Below, in pieces: positions 24,946 to 34,115 of a stretch of DNA of 38,540 nucleotides (the stretch's first letter is position 1; every line of letters begins with the position of its first letter). Both the position numbers and the translations under genes were made by a program. This stretch comes from a virus. Its lineage: Duplodnaviria; Caudoviricetes. The stretch is taken from positions 1-38,540 of IMG/VR virus record IMGVR_UViG_3300038478_000051, one strand, 5' to 3'. The notes beneath the pieces are model-generated. The model worked only from the letters and a program-made list of their open reading frames with translations. It searched no databases and was not told the DNA's origin.

Positions 24946-25680
24946 TTAGTAACCAGGTGTCTCTGGTTTCCAAGATTCCATAAGTTTTTGAATCTTATCA
25001 AAATTCTTGTTATACCATTCCGGTCCATCAGGTTGCTGTAATCTTGCTTCCAATTTCTCAGGTGTCCATTCGGGAGCTACCGTTGTTGCCTTTGTAGGCC
25101 GTATCGGGTTTGTTGTATTCTCTCCTCCATTAGTCCGACCCATTGATTGGAATTCTTCAGGATACATTTTATATTTAAAAACATCTTCAAAATCATAATA
25201 TTGAAATTGAGGATGTCTAGCCATATAATCTATCACTTCAGTCCTATCGAATTTGGGAGCACCTTCTTGCCCTTGATACCGCATCTCAAGATTATTGAGT
25301 CTCATCTCAGCTCTCACCCCTCCAATTCCTTTATTAATTTCATTCTTAACAAAGTCCTGAGTACTCATTCCCGCTGCTTCCAGCGTTGTTAATGCCGCTT
25401 TTATTTGCGGATCATTAGGATCTATTGCTGGATTTAAATTAGGGTTTGGATTTACAGGATTTTGTGGATTGGTGTTCAGCTTTGATCTGGCATCATTACG
25501 TTCCCGGATCAATTCCCGGATACGATCTTGGGTACTGCCTGACAGCTTACTAAATTCTAATTCCTCTTCGGTTTTGATAACATTTTCATCTGCTACCCCC
25601 GTAGGTTTGTCTTCTGGTGAGGAAGCCGGATCTTTCGGGTTTTCCGGGTCTAGAAGGGACTCCAATTTGTCTTCGTCCAT
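24946..25680 (-). CDS. Capsid scaffolding protein
   Basis: Acidic N-terminus and QDRIRELIRERN coiled coil; lies just upstream of the capsid gene; SD AAAGGAGGTGA before ATG 25680. Confidence 0.75.
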   Translation of the reverse strand: MDEDKLESLLDPENPKDPASSPEDKPTGVADENVIKTEEELEFSKLSGSTQDRIRELIRERNDARSKLNTNPQNPVNPNPNLNPAIDPNDPQIKAALTTLEAAGMSTQDFVKNEINKGIGGVRAEMRLNNLEMRYQGQEGAPKFDRTEVIDYMARHPQFQYYDFEDVFKYKMYPEEFQSMGRTNGGENTTNPIRPTKATTVAPEWTPEKLEARLQQPDGPEWYNKNFDKIQKLMESWKPETPGY

Positions 25681-25765
25681 TCTAATCACCTCCTTTCCGT
25701 TGGGTTAAGCCCACGAATCTGGATGTTTAATAGATTCCTCCTACCTGTTACGTTCTCAGGTTACG

Positions 25766-26062
25766 TTACTTTTCTTTGGGTTGATTGTTTACATCTCCTA
25801 CATTTCTTGGAAATATCCGACCTGGACCATAATATGATGCCTTATCCATTTCAGGATTAATTACGGAATCAGATTTACCACTTGAATGGTCAACCTGGTT
25901 TTGTTTTGTTGGGGGAAGATCTTGATCTAATTGTCCTGAATTATGAAGGGGAAGCTTGCTGTCTGAGGATGTGCCAACATGCCGTCCTGGACCAGCGTAA
26001 TCAGTTTTACTGAATTCGTGGTCATCGTGACTTGATTTACCTTGTCCAAAATTATCAGCCAT
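25766..26062 (-). CDS. Hypothetical hydrophilic protein
   Basis: ORF in the head module. Confidence 0.6.
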   Translation of the reverse strand: MADNFGQGKSSHDDHEFSKTDYAGPGRHVGTSSDSKLPLHNSGQLDQDLPPTKQNQVDHSSGKSDSVINPEMDKASYYGPGRIFPRNVGDVNNQPKEK

Positions 26063-26104
26063 ATATTTAATATATAAAATTAACTCTTACTATATAGAAC
26101 TCTA

Positions 26105-26338
26105 TCAATAATCCTCGTTTGTGTCAAGTAGTCCATATTGGCTCCGTATTGCGTGTTGGGTTTCATCAAAGTTGTCCTGAAAAGTTCCAGTCTTTCCAAT
26201 AGGCATAAAGATGCCATTCTCATCCACTGGGATATCAGGAGAAAATTTAATCCCTTTAGGAAGGAACTTTTTCATTTGAGCCTCTTCAGCCTTTATGCGT
26301 CCAATGTCGAGTAAATAGGTATCAATAGGTATTTTCAT
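26105..26338 (-). CDS. Hypothetical protein
   Basis: ORF in the head module. Confidence 0.55.
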   Translation of the reverse strand: MKIPIDTYLLDIGRIKAEEAQMKKFLPKGIKFSPDIPVDENGIFMPIGKTGTFQDNFDETQHAIRSQYGLLDTNEDY

Positions 26339-26340
26339 AA

Positions 26341-26511
26341 TTATATTTTAGGAACATGAATCCGTCCTTGAGCATGAATCGGTTTTGGATGAACAATTTC
26401 AGGTCTTTTAACATCAACACTGCGAGGAGATTTCACTGAAGGCTCATGAACCTCCAATGATCCATATCTGACTTCCCTTGGTAACGGCATTGACCGTGAT
26501 GCTCCAACCAT
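26341..26511 (-). CDS. Hypothetical protein (56 aa, MVGASRSMPLPREVRYG...)
   Basis: Read manually; exactly fills the gap between neighbours. Confidence 0.5.
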   Translation of the reverse strand: MVGASRSMPLPREVRYGSLEVHEPSVKSPRSVDVKRPEIVHPKPIHAQGRIHVPKI

Positions 26512-26515
26512 AGTG

Positions 26516-26710
26516 TTATTTTTTCTTCATTCCTCTTAATTTTTCAAGCGTTTTTGCTAGATTTGCCTCTTTCCCCACTTTTCCTCCCTTATCGGCTGCC
26601 TTATTCAGTTTACTTTGAGGAATTTTTTGACCTGGGGGCACATTGAGCGCTTTATGCAATGCTCCTTTATTCTTAGTTGCTCCTGCGATCCAATCCTTCT
26701 TATCAGCCAT
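26516..26710 (-). CDS. Small basic phage protein (WIAGA...GALHKAL.VP.G.KIP..KL...ANLAKTL)
   Basis: Recognisable conserved phage head-region small protein, with an upstream TTGACA promoter. Confidence 0.7.
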   Translation of the reverse strand: MADKKDWIAGATKNKGALHKALNVPPGQKIPQSKLNKAADKGGKVGKEANLAKTLEKLRGMKKK

Positions 26711-26755
26711 ATCACTCTAATTCATATCATATCAAAGGATATCGTGTCAATACAC

Positions 26756-28981
26756 CTATTGCTGTGGAGGCATTTGAGGCGGTGGCCCCCCCTGGGGTGG
26801 CATCTGTCCTCCTTGGGGAGGCGGCATACCTTGAGGTGGCGGCTGCCCACCTTGAGGCGCACCTCCCTGCATAATGGGTTGGCCTTGCTGCATTCTTGCT
26901 CTTGCCATCTGTCCTATGATGGCAGGCAACATTTGTGCTGCCTGTTGGACACGGGGCGATGCAGGTCCATCATTTCCCTGTTGTTGAATCTGGGCATTTC
27001 GGGTTTTATCCTGTGGATGAACCGTTGAACCATGCCTAATAAATGCCTCATGTTTTGCAATATGTTCCATAATAATCTTATCCTGGCCTTGTCCAAGAGC
27101 CTGCTGGTGGACTGCGATATGGACAAGATGATCCTCTGAGGCATCCACAGGCACTAATTTGCCTTGTTGGAGCATAATCTCATTTTCAGAGAGAGCCAAC
27201 CCATATTGGTCTTCATTGCCAGTCATTTGTCCATTTTGCTGATTTTGTTGTGCGGATGCCAAATTGGTTTGTAATACCTGTTCAAGCCTTGTCTGTTGGA
27301 CAATATCATCAATTTGTCCGAATTCAAGAAGACGTAAACCTGTTTTTTGGTCAATCCAGCCCATTTCACCTAATTTCATCACCTTTTGCTCCATTACATC
27401 TTTGGTGTAGCCTAACCATGAGCCAATTGTCACACGAACAAGGTTCTTTTCACCTAATATTGCCAAATCAACAAAGTCAGGACCTATTTTTATCTGTTTT
27501 TTCTTTGATGTTGCCAAATCTCCGCCGCCCGAACCACCAATAATAGCAAAAGCTTTCTCTTCTTTACCATTTAGCCCCATATCATAGATAAATTGGTACT
27601 TGGAGATATTACGCGCTGCACATTTGAGTACCTTTATAGCAACATTTTCTAAAAAGTCCTCTAGGTTGTCTGTTAGGTCCTGCTGGTTGGTCGCATCAGC
27701 CGAGATTAAGGCATTAACCATATCTCCAGAGCGTGATCCGGGAGCATTTCTACCCAATGTTGAATCATGGATGCCTCCAATGTCTTGGGCAACAAGCATC
27801 ATGCGGTCAATTTGCTGGGGAACCGAGATTGGGAGTGCGGGAATATCCATAGCTGTCACCTGTGAACCCCTATTTTTTGTAATAATTTCACCATTTACAT
27901 TGTGAATGGCTGATACCCCTGCATCCCGGTCAACCAATATCCTTCCTTTGGCAACACGCGAATTGTATTCAAGCACATCGGATTCAAGCTTGTTAATAAC
28001 CCTATTAATCGGCATAATATCCTTCATCCAGCCTTCTCCATACAACTCTTTTGGATTAATATCGGCACGATACACCTCCCATGGATACTCATCGTGTTTT
28101 TCTCTTTTGAAAAGAAGGGGACGCGAATTCTGTTTTGTCCATTCAACCCGCTGCATATACCGTTTGCCGGTAACCGGATCATAGCGCCTAAAATATCCCC
28201 GATAAAGGATAATGTTCTGGGCATCATCATAGCCTGGAAGGGTTGTCTTTAAAGCTTGGATCATAAATTGTTTATATTCAGAAACAGCAAGCTGGGATTC
28301 GGGTGAAGTAATTTCGGCAATTGCTATATCATTATATTCAGGGTTGTTTCGGATTACTCCAAGCTTGGTTCTGATTGCCAGGGTTGCGTGGTCTGCCGAT
28401 TCATCTAAGTCCCCTGAGTCCATGAAGCGGTCTGGATAAAAATCAAAGGGGTCTGCCAAGTACATTGAGACATCCTTTTTATTCACATCAAAGAATATTT
28501 CCCATGGACCACCAATTGAGGTGATCAGTCCTTGGGTCATTGTTTCCTTAATTTTTGTTTTAAGCTTGTTCACGTCATACCAATAGTCCAAATATCGTCC
28601 GGCATAGCGCGCCTGAACTTGTGACTCAACTCCCGGATACCGGGGAAGAATTTCAAACTTAGGACGAAAAGAGGTTGCCTGATTACGGATTGAGCGCATA
28701 AAGGCTTTAGTAATGTTAATGGGAACCTGAGCCTTCTGCCTGGATGCAAGGATCACAGTTTGTGAGGATGGAAGGTATTTTGAGAACATGTAGCCGCGGC
28801 GGAACATATCCCTGATCATCCATTCATAGTCATATCGCTTTCGGGCATCCGCATCATTCTGAAATTCTCGTTTACAATAGGCAAGGAAATCCAATTCATC
28901 CATGATTCCCGGATCAAGCGAATCGCGGTTTGAGATCATTCCTGCGTCTACGTTATCTTTTAATGTTTCATCTGGGTTCAT
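26756..28981 (-). CDS. Portal protein (P22 gp1-like) with Q/P-rich C-terminal extension
   Basis: 741 aa, directly after the terminase region; DPFDFYPD, YGEG..KD..P....INK, GIHD..LG...SG and DH..HI..H motifs. Confidence 0.88.
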   Translation of the reverse strand: MNPDETLKDNVDAGMISNRDSLDPGIMDELDFLAYCKREFQNDADARKRYDYEWMIRDMFRRGYMFSKYLPSSQTVILASRQKAQVPINITKAFMRSIRNQATSFRPKFEILPRYPGVESQVQARYAGRYLDYWYDVNKLKTKIKETMTQGLITSIGGPWEIFFDVNKKDVSMYLADPFDFYPDRFMDSGDLDESADHATLAIRTKLGVIRNNPEYNDIAIAEITSPESQLAVSEYKQFMIQALKTTLPGYDDAQNIILYRGYFRRYDPVTGKRYMQRVEWTKQNSRPLLFKREKHDEYPWEVYRADINPKELYGEGWMKDIMPINRVINKLESDVLEYNSRVAKGRILVDRDAGVSAIHNVNGEIITKNRGSQVTAMDIPALPISVPQQIDRMMLVAQDIGGIHDSTLGRNAPGSRSGDMVNALISADATNQQDLTDNLEDFLENVAIKVLKCAARNISKYQFIYDMGLNGKEEKAFAIIGGSGGGDLATSKKKQIKIGPDFVDLAILGEKNLVRVTIGSWLGYTKDVMEQKVMKLGEMGWIDQKTGLRLLEFGQIDDIVQQTRLEQVLQTNLASAQQNQQNGQMTGNEDQYGLALSENEIMLQQGKLVPVDASEDHLVHIAVHQQALGQGQDKIIMEHIAKHEAFIRHGSTVHPQDKTRNAQIQQQGNDGPASPRVQQAAQMLPAIIGQMARARMQQGQPIMQGGAPQGGQPPPQGMPPPQGGQMPPQGGPPPQMPPQQ

Positions 28982-29478
28982 GCTTGTGGTAATGCGCTAT
29001 CATCTGGAATATTTTGCGTGACATGAACAGGGACTGCAGGCCCATCATCAATTTGTACTTTTAAGTTGTCATGCATAGGGAAGGGAGTTGCACCGTCAGA
29101 GAGATCAACTGAAGCATCGGTGACTTTTGAAATATCATTTTCCATGGGGGCATTTGCTGCCTGAGCTACCAAAATTTCACGTCTGTATTCCTGAAGGTAT
29201 TGAGTTATTTGCTTTGTATCGGTTAAGAGATATTTGAAGCGCTCCTGGTTGTATCCTTGCTGTTCTGTTAATTGTTTTCTTATTTCCTCTAAGGATTCAG
29301 ATAGTTGTTCATTATCAGTTACTAGAATATCTTTAGCATAGGTAATATGTTGCATTAATAACTCCTGTTTTTGTGAAAATTTCTCAAAAATACCATTTAT
29401 TTTTCTATAAAACGAATAAATACCAAAAATAATAAGAAATAGGACAAAAGGAATCAAAGAGTATAGAACGATATCCAT
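28978..29478 (-). CDS. Membrane-anchored coiled-coil protein
   Basis: N-terminal TM helix; lies between terminase and portal. Confidence 0.65.
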   Translation of the reverse strand: MDIVLYSLIPFVLFLIIFGIYSFYRKINGIFEKFSQKQELLMQHITYAKDILVTDNEQLSESLEEIRKQLTEQQGYNQERFKYLLTDTKQITQYLQEYRREILVAQAANAPMENDISKVTDASVDLSDGATPFPMHDNLKVQIDDGPAVPVHVTQNIPDDSALPQA

Positions 29479-29502
29479 GCCTTAACAATAGATTTTTTTA
29501 CG

Positions 29503-31176
29503 CTATAAGTCAATATCTGAAAGGAAGCTATCCTGCGGGCTGGTCTGATTTGGATTTATAGCCATGCCACTCTTCTTATCAAAGGGGACTCCCGACATCC
29601 ATTGCACATCCTGTTCTTCGCTATTCATTTCAATAGGATTCTTTTTAGACATCAGACGGTTACGTCCCAACATCTCCGCAGCGATCAAAAGCCCCATAAC
29701 GCGATCGTCCCAACTGCCTGCCGTTGCTCCCGCATGACCATTAGATCCCCTAACAAATGCCTGCATTTCCAGCATGGTTGGTTCATCATAGAGTTGGAGC
29801 TTTCCTTCACGAAGCAGCCGGTTGGTGTCGTTGATTGCTATTTCTTTGGTCGAATTATCGGTGTACCATCCTAGCTCTGAGGTTGTTTTTTCAGATACCA
29901 TACCAAACTTTTCCCGGTAATACAGGTTCATATAGTTTCGGTTTTTCAACTCAATCAGGGTTGGGATACCAATTGAGTTACGTTCCACAGCGATCAAGGC
30001 ATCATTGTAATAGAGACCAATGCGCTCCATCTCAATGGCAAGTAAGTCAGGCGCGGTTTTCCCATGCCAGACTGCTACCTGTTCAAATGATGTCTGATCA
30101 AGTACCTGGGCGCAAGAGAAGTCTGTCTTTCGTCCTGTTTCATCCTCTCCTGCCAAACGTCCTTGCGCCACATCGACCCCAATCACATATTGGTGTCCCT
30201 TTTGAGGAAGCTTAAAGACCCGCAAATACCCTTTATCGTTCTTCTCCAAAGTTGGAGGGTCCCAGCCAATAAGGTTTCCTTGATAGGTTGGTTCCACGAC
30301 TTGACGTAATAGCTTTTCAAGAAGACTACGCGCGAAAACAGGATTTCCCGAAACCACAAATGCCTCAACCGGATTGCTGGGATATTCCTCCATGAAAGAG
30401 TCAAGGTTGCCATTCTTTGAATCTATTTTCCATCTTCGCCATGCCAACTGATTTCTATTCAAATGATAAGTGTTTGCTAAGGTTAATTCTTCATCTGTTG
30501 GAATAAAGTCAAGGGGTGGCGTAATTTGGTATTCTTTCGTTTTGAACCAAGGATAAAATTGAGATTGGTAGGCTTTGGGATTTGGATAATTATTAACCCA
30601 AAGATTGTAATGAAAGGTCCCAAAACCATTGGCTGTGGATTCGATAAATATCTTTCCCTGAAGCGGAATTGCCTCTAAAAGATTGTTATAGACCTTCTCA
30701 GCATTGGGCCAATAGGCTATCTCCGACATAAGGCAGACATTGATTGTCGCTGATCGTCCAAAGTTCTTGGCTCCGGCTGTTCCAACATAGAAGGTCGAAC
30801 CTTTATCGGCATTGCGAATTTCATTGGTATTATCATAGGAGAGTTTAAATGGTTTTTCCCCGAACCGCTCTTCGACTGATTTAAGATAGAATTTTACCCT
30901 GTCTAACAGTTTCTGGGTAGCCTTGATTTCATGGGCAATAACCACAAGGTTCAAATTAGGGACGGTACAGAAAAGAATAGTCATAACGGCCAACTCAACA
31001 CTGGATATTCCCTGCTGGCGGCTTTTTAAGAAAAGGGGGTTGCCCGGCTGACAGATAATTTTTAGAGCATCATCCTGCACTTCGTTGAGGATATATTCAA
31101 CCTTTTCGGCTCCCTTATCAATAATAAAATAGGATTTTTCAATCGCATTCTTAAAATAGGAATAATCAAGGTTCAT
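29503..31176 (-). CDS. terL: Terminase large subunit
   Basis: Walker A LKSRQQGISS, Walker B CLMSE, ESTANG coupling motif, nuclease VIGVDVA and WDDRVM. Confidence 0.95.
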   Translation of the reverse strand: MNLDYSYFKNAIEKSYFIIDKGAEKVEYILNEVQDDALKIICQPGNPLFLKSRQQGISSVELAVMTILFCTVPNLNLVVIAHEIKATQKLLDRVKFYLKSVEERFGEKPFKLSYDNTNEIRNADKGSTFYVGTAGAKNFGRSATINVCLMSEIAYWPNAEKVYNNLLEAIPLQGKIFIESTANGFGTFHYNLWVNNYPNPKAYQSQFYPWFKTKEYQITPPLDFIPTDEELTLANTYHLNRNQLAWRRWKIDSKNGNLDSFMEEYPSNPVEAFVVSGNPVFARSLLEKLLRQVVEPTYQGNLIGWDPPTLEKNDKGYLRVFKLPQKGHQYVIGVDVAQGRLAGEDETGRKTDFSCAQVLDQTSFEQVAVWHGKTAPDLLAIEMERIGLYYNDALIAVERNSIGIPTLIELKNRNYMNLYYREKFGMVSEKTTSELGWYTDNSTKEIAINDTNRLLREGKLQLYDEPTMLEMQAFVRGSNGHAGATAGSWDDRVMGLLIAAEMLGRNRLMSKKNPIEMNSEEQDVQWMSGVPFDKKSGMAINPNQTSPQDSFLSDIDL

Positions 31177-31336
31177 AGTCTTCCATTATAGAGAGTATCT
31201 GGTCAACATACAAATCATAGTCGTAGCCTGTCATATCCGAATCCGCGGCCATTGCACTATCATAGCCTGCAGCAAAAATGGTGCGGAGGACCGTACCTAT
31301 GTCCATTTTGATATCTATATATGATTTTTTTTCCAT
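31166..31336 (-). CDS. Small acidic hypothetical protein
   Basis: SD AGGAG 5 nt before ATG 31336; the ORF track uses 31369. Confidence 0.5.
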   Translation of the reverse strand: MEKKSYIDIKMDIGTVLRTIFAAGYDSAMAADSDMTGYDYDLYVDQILSIMEDYEP

Positions 31337-31437
31337 GGTAACTCCTGAATCTTTCCACATACTCTGCATTTGTAGTCATGTGTTGAAAAATTAAATTTAT
31401 GCCAATGTCCAAAAATACTACAGAATAATTTTCTCAT
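31315..31437 (-). CDS. 40-aa Cys/His peptide (MRKLFCSIFGHW...CRVCG), DUF1660-like
   Basis: Read manually; ATGA overlap with the upstream stop; LxCxxFGH...CxxC pattern. Confidence 0.55.
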   Translation of the reverse strand: MRKLFCSIFGHWHKFNFSTHDYKCRVCGKIQELPWKKNHI

Positions 31438-32018
31438 TTTTTCCCACCCCCTAAAAACTCTTCATAGGTCACACGCTTTGTTACCCCATTTTGTCCTATC
31501 TCAGTCAACTTTTGAAGCCTGTCTAGGGCTTTCAATTGGGTTTCATAATCAGGGTCTTGAATCTTGACATAGTTGATTTGGGCTTCCGGTCCGGTGTCGG
31601 TATTTACTATCTTTTTCTCGGCAATAATCTTTATGGTCTTCATCGCATTAAACCATTCGTGAAACTTTTTTGCCAGGAAATCATCATTAATTCCCTGCTC
31701 CTTTAAATACTCAGGAAGCTTGTTAAGAAATTCCAATATATAGGCCTTATCCTCTAACATGTTTTCATTGAATTCCGAGGAGGTAATTGAATAGCCTGCT
31801 TTGACAAGAGCCTCCTTTTTCTCGGCTCCCTCACAGCGTAGTTGGATATATTTATATTCTCTGTCCGAGAGCCTTCTGCGTTCAATTGTTTTAGAACTAG
31901 GATCAAAATAAGTTACTACAGGATTCTTGGGTTGATAGGTTGGTCTTTTTAGGCCTGTAGAAATAACTACAGGTTTATCTATTATTGGGATGTTTTTGCC
32001 AATATCGCTTTGAGACAT
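31434..32018 (-). CDS. terS: Terminase small subunit (putative)
   Basis: LS.RE.KY......G....EA...AGYS HTH pattern and PD...QLKALD motif; upstream of terL. Confidence 0.7.
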   Translation of the reverse strand: MSQSDIGKNIPIIDKPVVISTGLKRPTYQPKNPVVTYFDPSSKTIERRRLSDREYKYIQLRCEGAEKKEALVKAGYSITSSEFNENMLEDKAYILEFLNKLPEYLKEQGINDDFLAKKFHEWFNAMKTIKIIAEKKIVNTDTGPEAQINYVKIQDPDYETQLKALDRLQKLTEIGQNGVTKRVTYEEFLGGGKK

Positions 32019-32110
32019 ACTATATTATTTCGTATTTTTTTTACGTACTTTCTTTTCCTTTTTCTTTTTTGCTTTTAGATGGCGTTGTTCCATAAGATAA
32101 AAATTTTCTC

Positions 32111-32470
32111 TCATATATTAAAAAATCCACACGCTTTACAATCAACATTTCCTGGAGTTAATTCTACACCACATTGCTGGCATTTGGGAAGTAAAACCGC
32201 CGGAGGATTTACCAGAGAAGGAGGTGATGCCTTATTAGAATAGACCTCCGGCTTCTGTGGTAATTCATCTAGCGTAAATGCATCCGCGAACGGCTCTGCC
32301 TTCTTTGGTTTTTCTTTCACCACCCCAAAGAATCCTTTTTCTGATTTGAGTTTTTGGATATGATTATCAATCGCCCTACGAAAGAACATGGGACGGGTGA
32401 TTCCTTTCTTCCTGCAAAGTCTTTTGATGGCCCTGTAATGGGCTCCTGAGATCATGATCTGAGTCTGCAT
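32111..32470 (-). CDS. Ribbon-helix-helix-like regulator with C-terminal zinc ribbon
   Basis: QTQIMIS...AIKRLC.KKGIT...FFRRAID N-terminus and C-terminal CQQCG...CKACG. Confidence 0.6.
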   Translation of the reverse strand: MQTQIMISGAHYRAIKRLCRKKGITRPMFFRRAIDNHIQKLKSEKGFFGVVKEKPKKAEPFADAFTLDELPQKPEVYSNKASPPSLVNPPAVLLPKCQQCGVELTPGNVDCKACGFFNI

Positions 32471-32481
32471 GGTTATCTAAC

Positions 32482-32570
32482 AACTTATCAATTTGATAGG
32501 AATTTGTCAATAATGTAAAGGTTGTGTAAATATTAGGGCATTGACAAACTCATCTTTTTTATATTACGAT
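32482..32570. promoter_or_regulatory. Divergent sigma70-type promoters separating late and replication modules
   Basis: Minus: TTGACA(32510-05)-N17-TAAGTT with a TATCAA-N-TTGATA palindrome overlapping it. Plus: TTGACA(32541-46)-N18-TACGAT. Confidence 0.7.
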
Positions 32571-32574
32571 ATGG

Positions 32575-32681
32575 GTTACCTATCCGTGAGAGGTAACGTT
32601 ACCGCCAAAGGATCAGGCGGTTTTTTTCTGAAAAAGGCGCTTTTTTCGGCCCAATCATTCTCACGGATGGTTGGGCTTTTT
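32575..32681 (+). ncRNA. Structured 5' leader of the helicase operon (four hairpins, long-range loop pairing)
   Basis: GTTACCT/AGGTAAC with loop ATCCGTGAG; ACCGCC/GGCGGT plus T-run; CTGAAAAAG/TTTTTTCGG; GCCCAATCATTC/GGATGGTTGGGC plus T5, containing TCTCACGGAT. Confidence 0.65.
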
Positions 32682-32701
32682 GGTTTACAGGATTAAAAAT
32701 T

Positions 32702-33922
32702 ATGCTTATTTTAAGAAAATACCAGCAAGAAGCAATAGAAAAAATTATCAGGGATCAATCTATTCCTGGAAATTCCCTCGTTGTGCTTCCAACAGGTAGT
32801 GGAAAATCTATTGTCATTGCAGAAACAGTAAACCAATTACGAAAAGATATCCTCATTTTGCAACCCACTAAAGAAATCCTGGAACAGAATTACGAAAAAC
32901 TTTGCAAATATGTTGACAAAAACGAAATTGGGATCTATTCAGCCTCAATGAACGAGAAGACAATTAAAAAATTCACCTTAGCAACCATTGCATCAATTTA
33001 TAAAAAACCTGAATTATTTTCTCACTTCAAGCTGGTAATCTTAGATGAATGCCACCTTCTTAATCCTAAAAACCTAGAAGGGATGTTTGCATCCTTTTTG
33101 AAGGCAATTGGAAACCCTAAAGTCATTGGGCTCTCTGCAACCCCTTACCGGCTGACACCAACCTATATACCAAGTAAGACACCTTGGATAAGTCAATGGG
33201 AAGCGGCAACAAGTATAAAGCTCATTAACCGGCTACAGGGAAAATTCTGGGCACGAATCCTTTATGTAAAAAATATCAGGGATCTCATAGATGAGGGGTA
33301 TTTAGTTCCCCTTTCCTATATGACAAAGCAACTTTTTAACGAATTTGATCTTAAAACAAATAAAAGTATGAGTGATTATGATATGGAATCCTATGAGGGC
33401 CTCTTGGAAGGACAGAAACGGCATATTATTAATTATATTGAGGGAGCAAGAGATTTTTATACCTCTACCTTAATATTCTGTTCCTCAGTTGAACAAGCCA
33501 AGCAATTAAGTGGCTCAATTGAAGGGTGTGAATATGTAAGTGCCGAAACAAACAAAAAAGAACGGGAAAGAATTATTAACGGATTCAAAGAAGGCTCAAT
33601 TAAAGCAGTCTGTAATGTAGGGGTACTAACCACCGGCTTTGACCATCCTGAGCTTGACTGCATTGTCCTGTTACGACCAACACAGAGCCTAGGACTTTAT
33701 TATCAGATGCTTGGGAGGGGAGTGAGGACTGCTCCTGGAAAAAAGACTTGTGCGGTGCTTGACCTCTCGGGGACAGTAAGAAGACTTGGGGTAATAGAGT
33801 CAATTAGATTAATAGAACAGGAGGGTAAATGGGAACTTTTAACTGAAACTGAAACAGGAACAAAAAGTTGGCATGGACGGATACTTTATAGATTTGCAAT
33901 AAACAATGGAAAAAAAATATAA
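32702..33922 (+). CDS. Superfamily 2 DEAD/DEAH-box helicase (RadD/YejH-like)
   Basis: LRKYQ, PTGSGKS, DECH, SATP, VLTTGFD and QMLGRGVR motifs. Confidence 0.93.
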   Translation: MLILRKYQQEAIEKIIRDQSIPGNSLVVLPTGSGKSIVIAETVNQLRKDILILQPTKEILEQNYEKLCKYVDKNEIGIYSASMNEKTIKKFTLATIASIYKKPELFSHFKLVILDECHLLNPKNLEGMFASFLKAIGNPKVIGLSATPYRLTPTYIPSKTPWISQWEAATSIKLINRLQGKFWARILYVKNIRDLIDEGYLVPLSYMTKQLFNEFDLKTNKSMSDYDMESYEGLLEGQKRHIINYIEGARDFYTSTLIFCSSVEQAKQLSGSIEGCEYVSAETNKKERERIINGFKEGSIKAVCNVGVLTTGFDHPELDCIVLLRPTQSLGLYYQMLGRGVRTAPGKKTCAVLDLSGTVRRLGVIESIRLIEQEGKWELLTETETGTKSWHGRILYRFAINNGKKI

Positions 33923-34115
33923 GGACTTTTTTTATTATCACGATTTATTAATGCTTGTTATGGACAGGGAAGCCGAGGCATTTGTGGAAAGAATTAAACC
34001 CGATACAACGAGAAATGAATTAAAAGATATGGAAATAGAACAACTTTATTTACTACCACTTGAGATGCAAAGGAAATATTTAATTAAACGAATAGAGGAG
34101 ATAATTCATGGATGA
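33906..34115 (+). CDS. Hypothetical protein
   Basis: Overlaps both neighbouring genes. Confidence 0.6.
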   Translation: MEKKYKDFFYYHDLLMLVMDREAEAFVERIKPDTTRNELKDMEIEQLYLLPLEMQRKYLIKRIEEIIHG

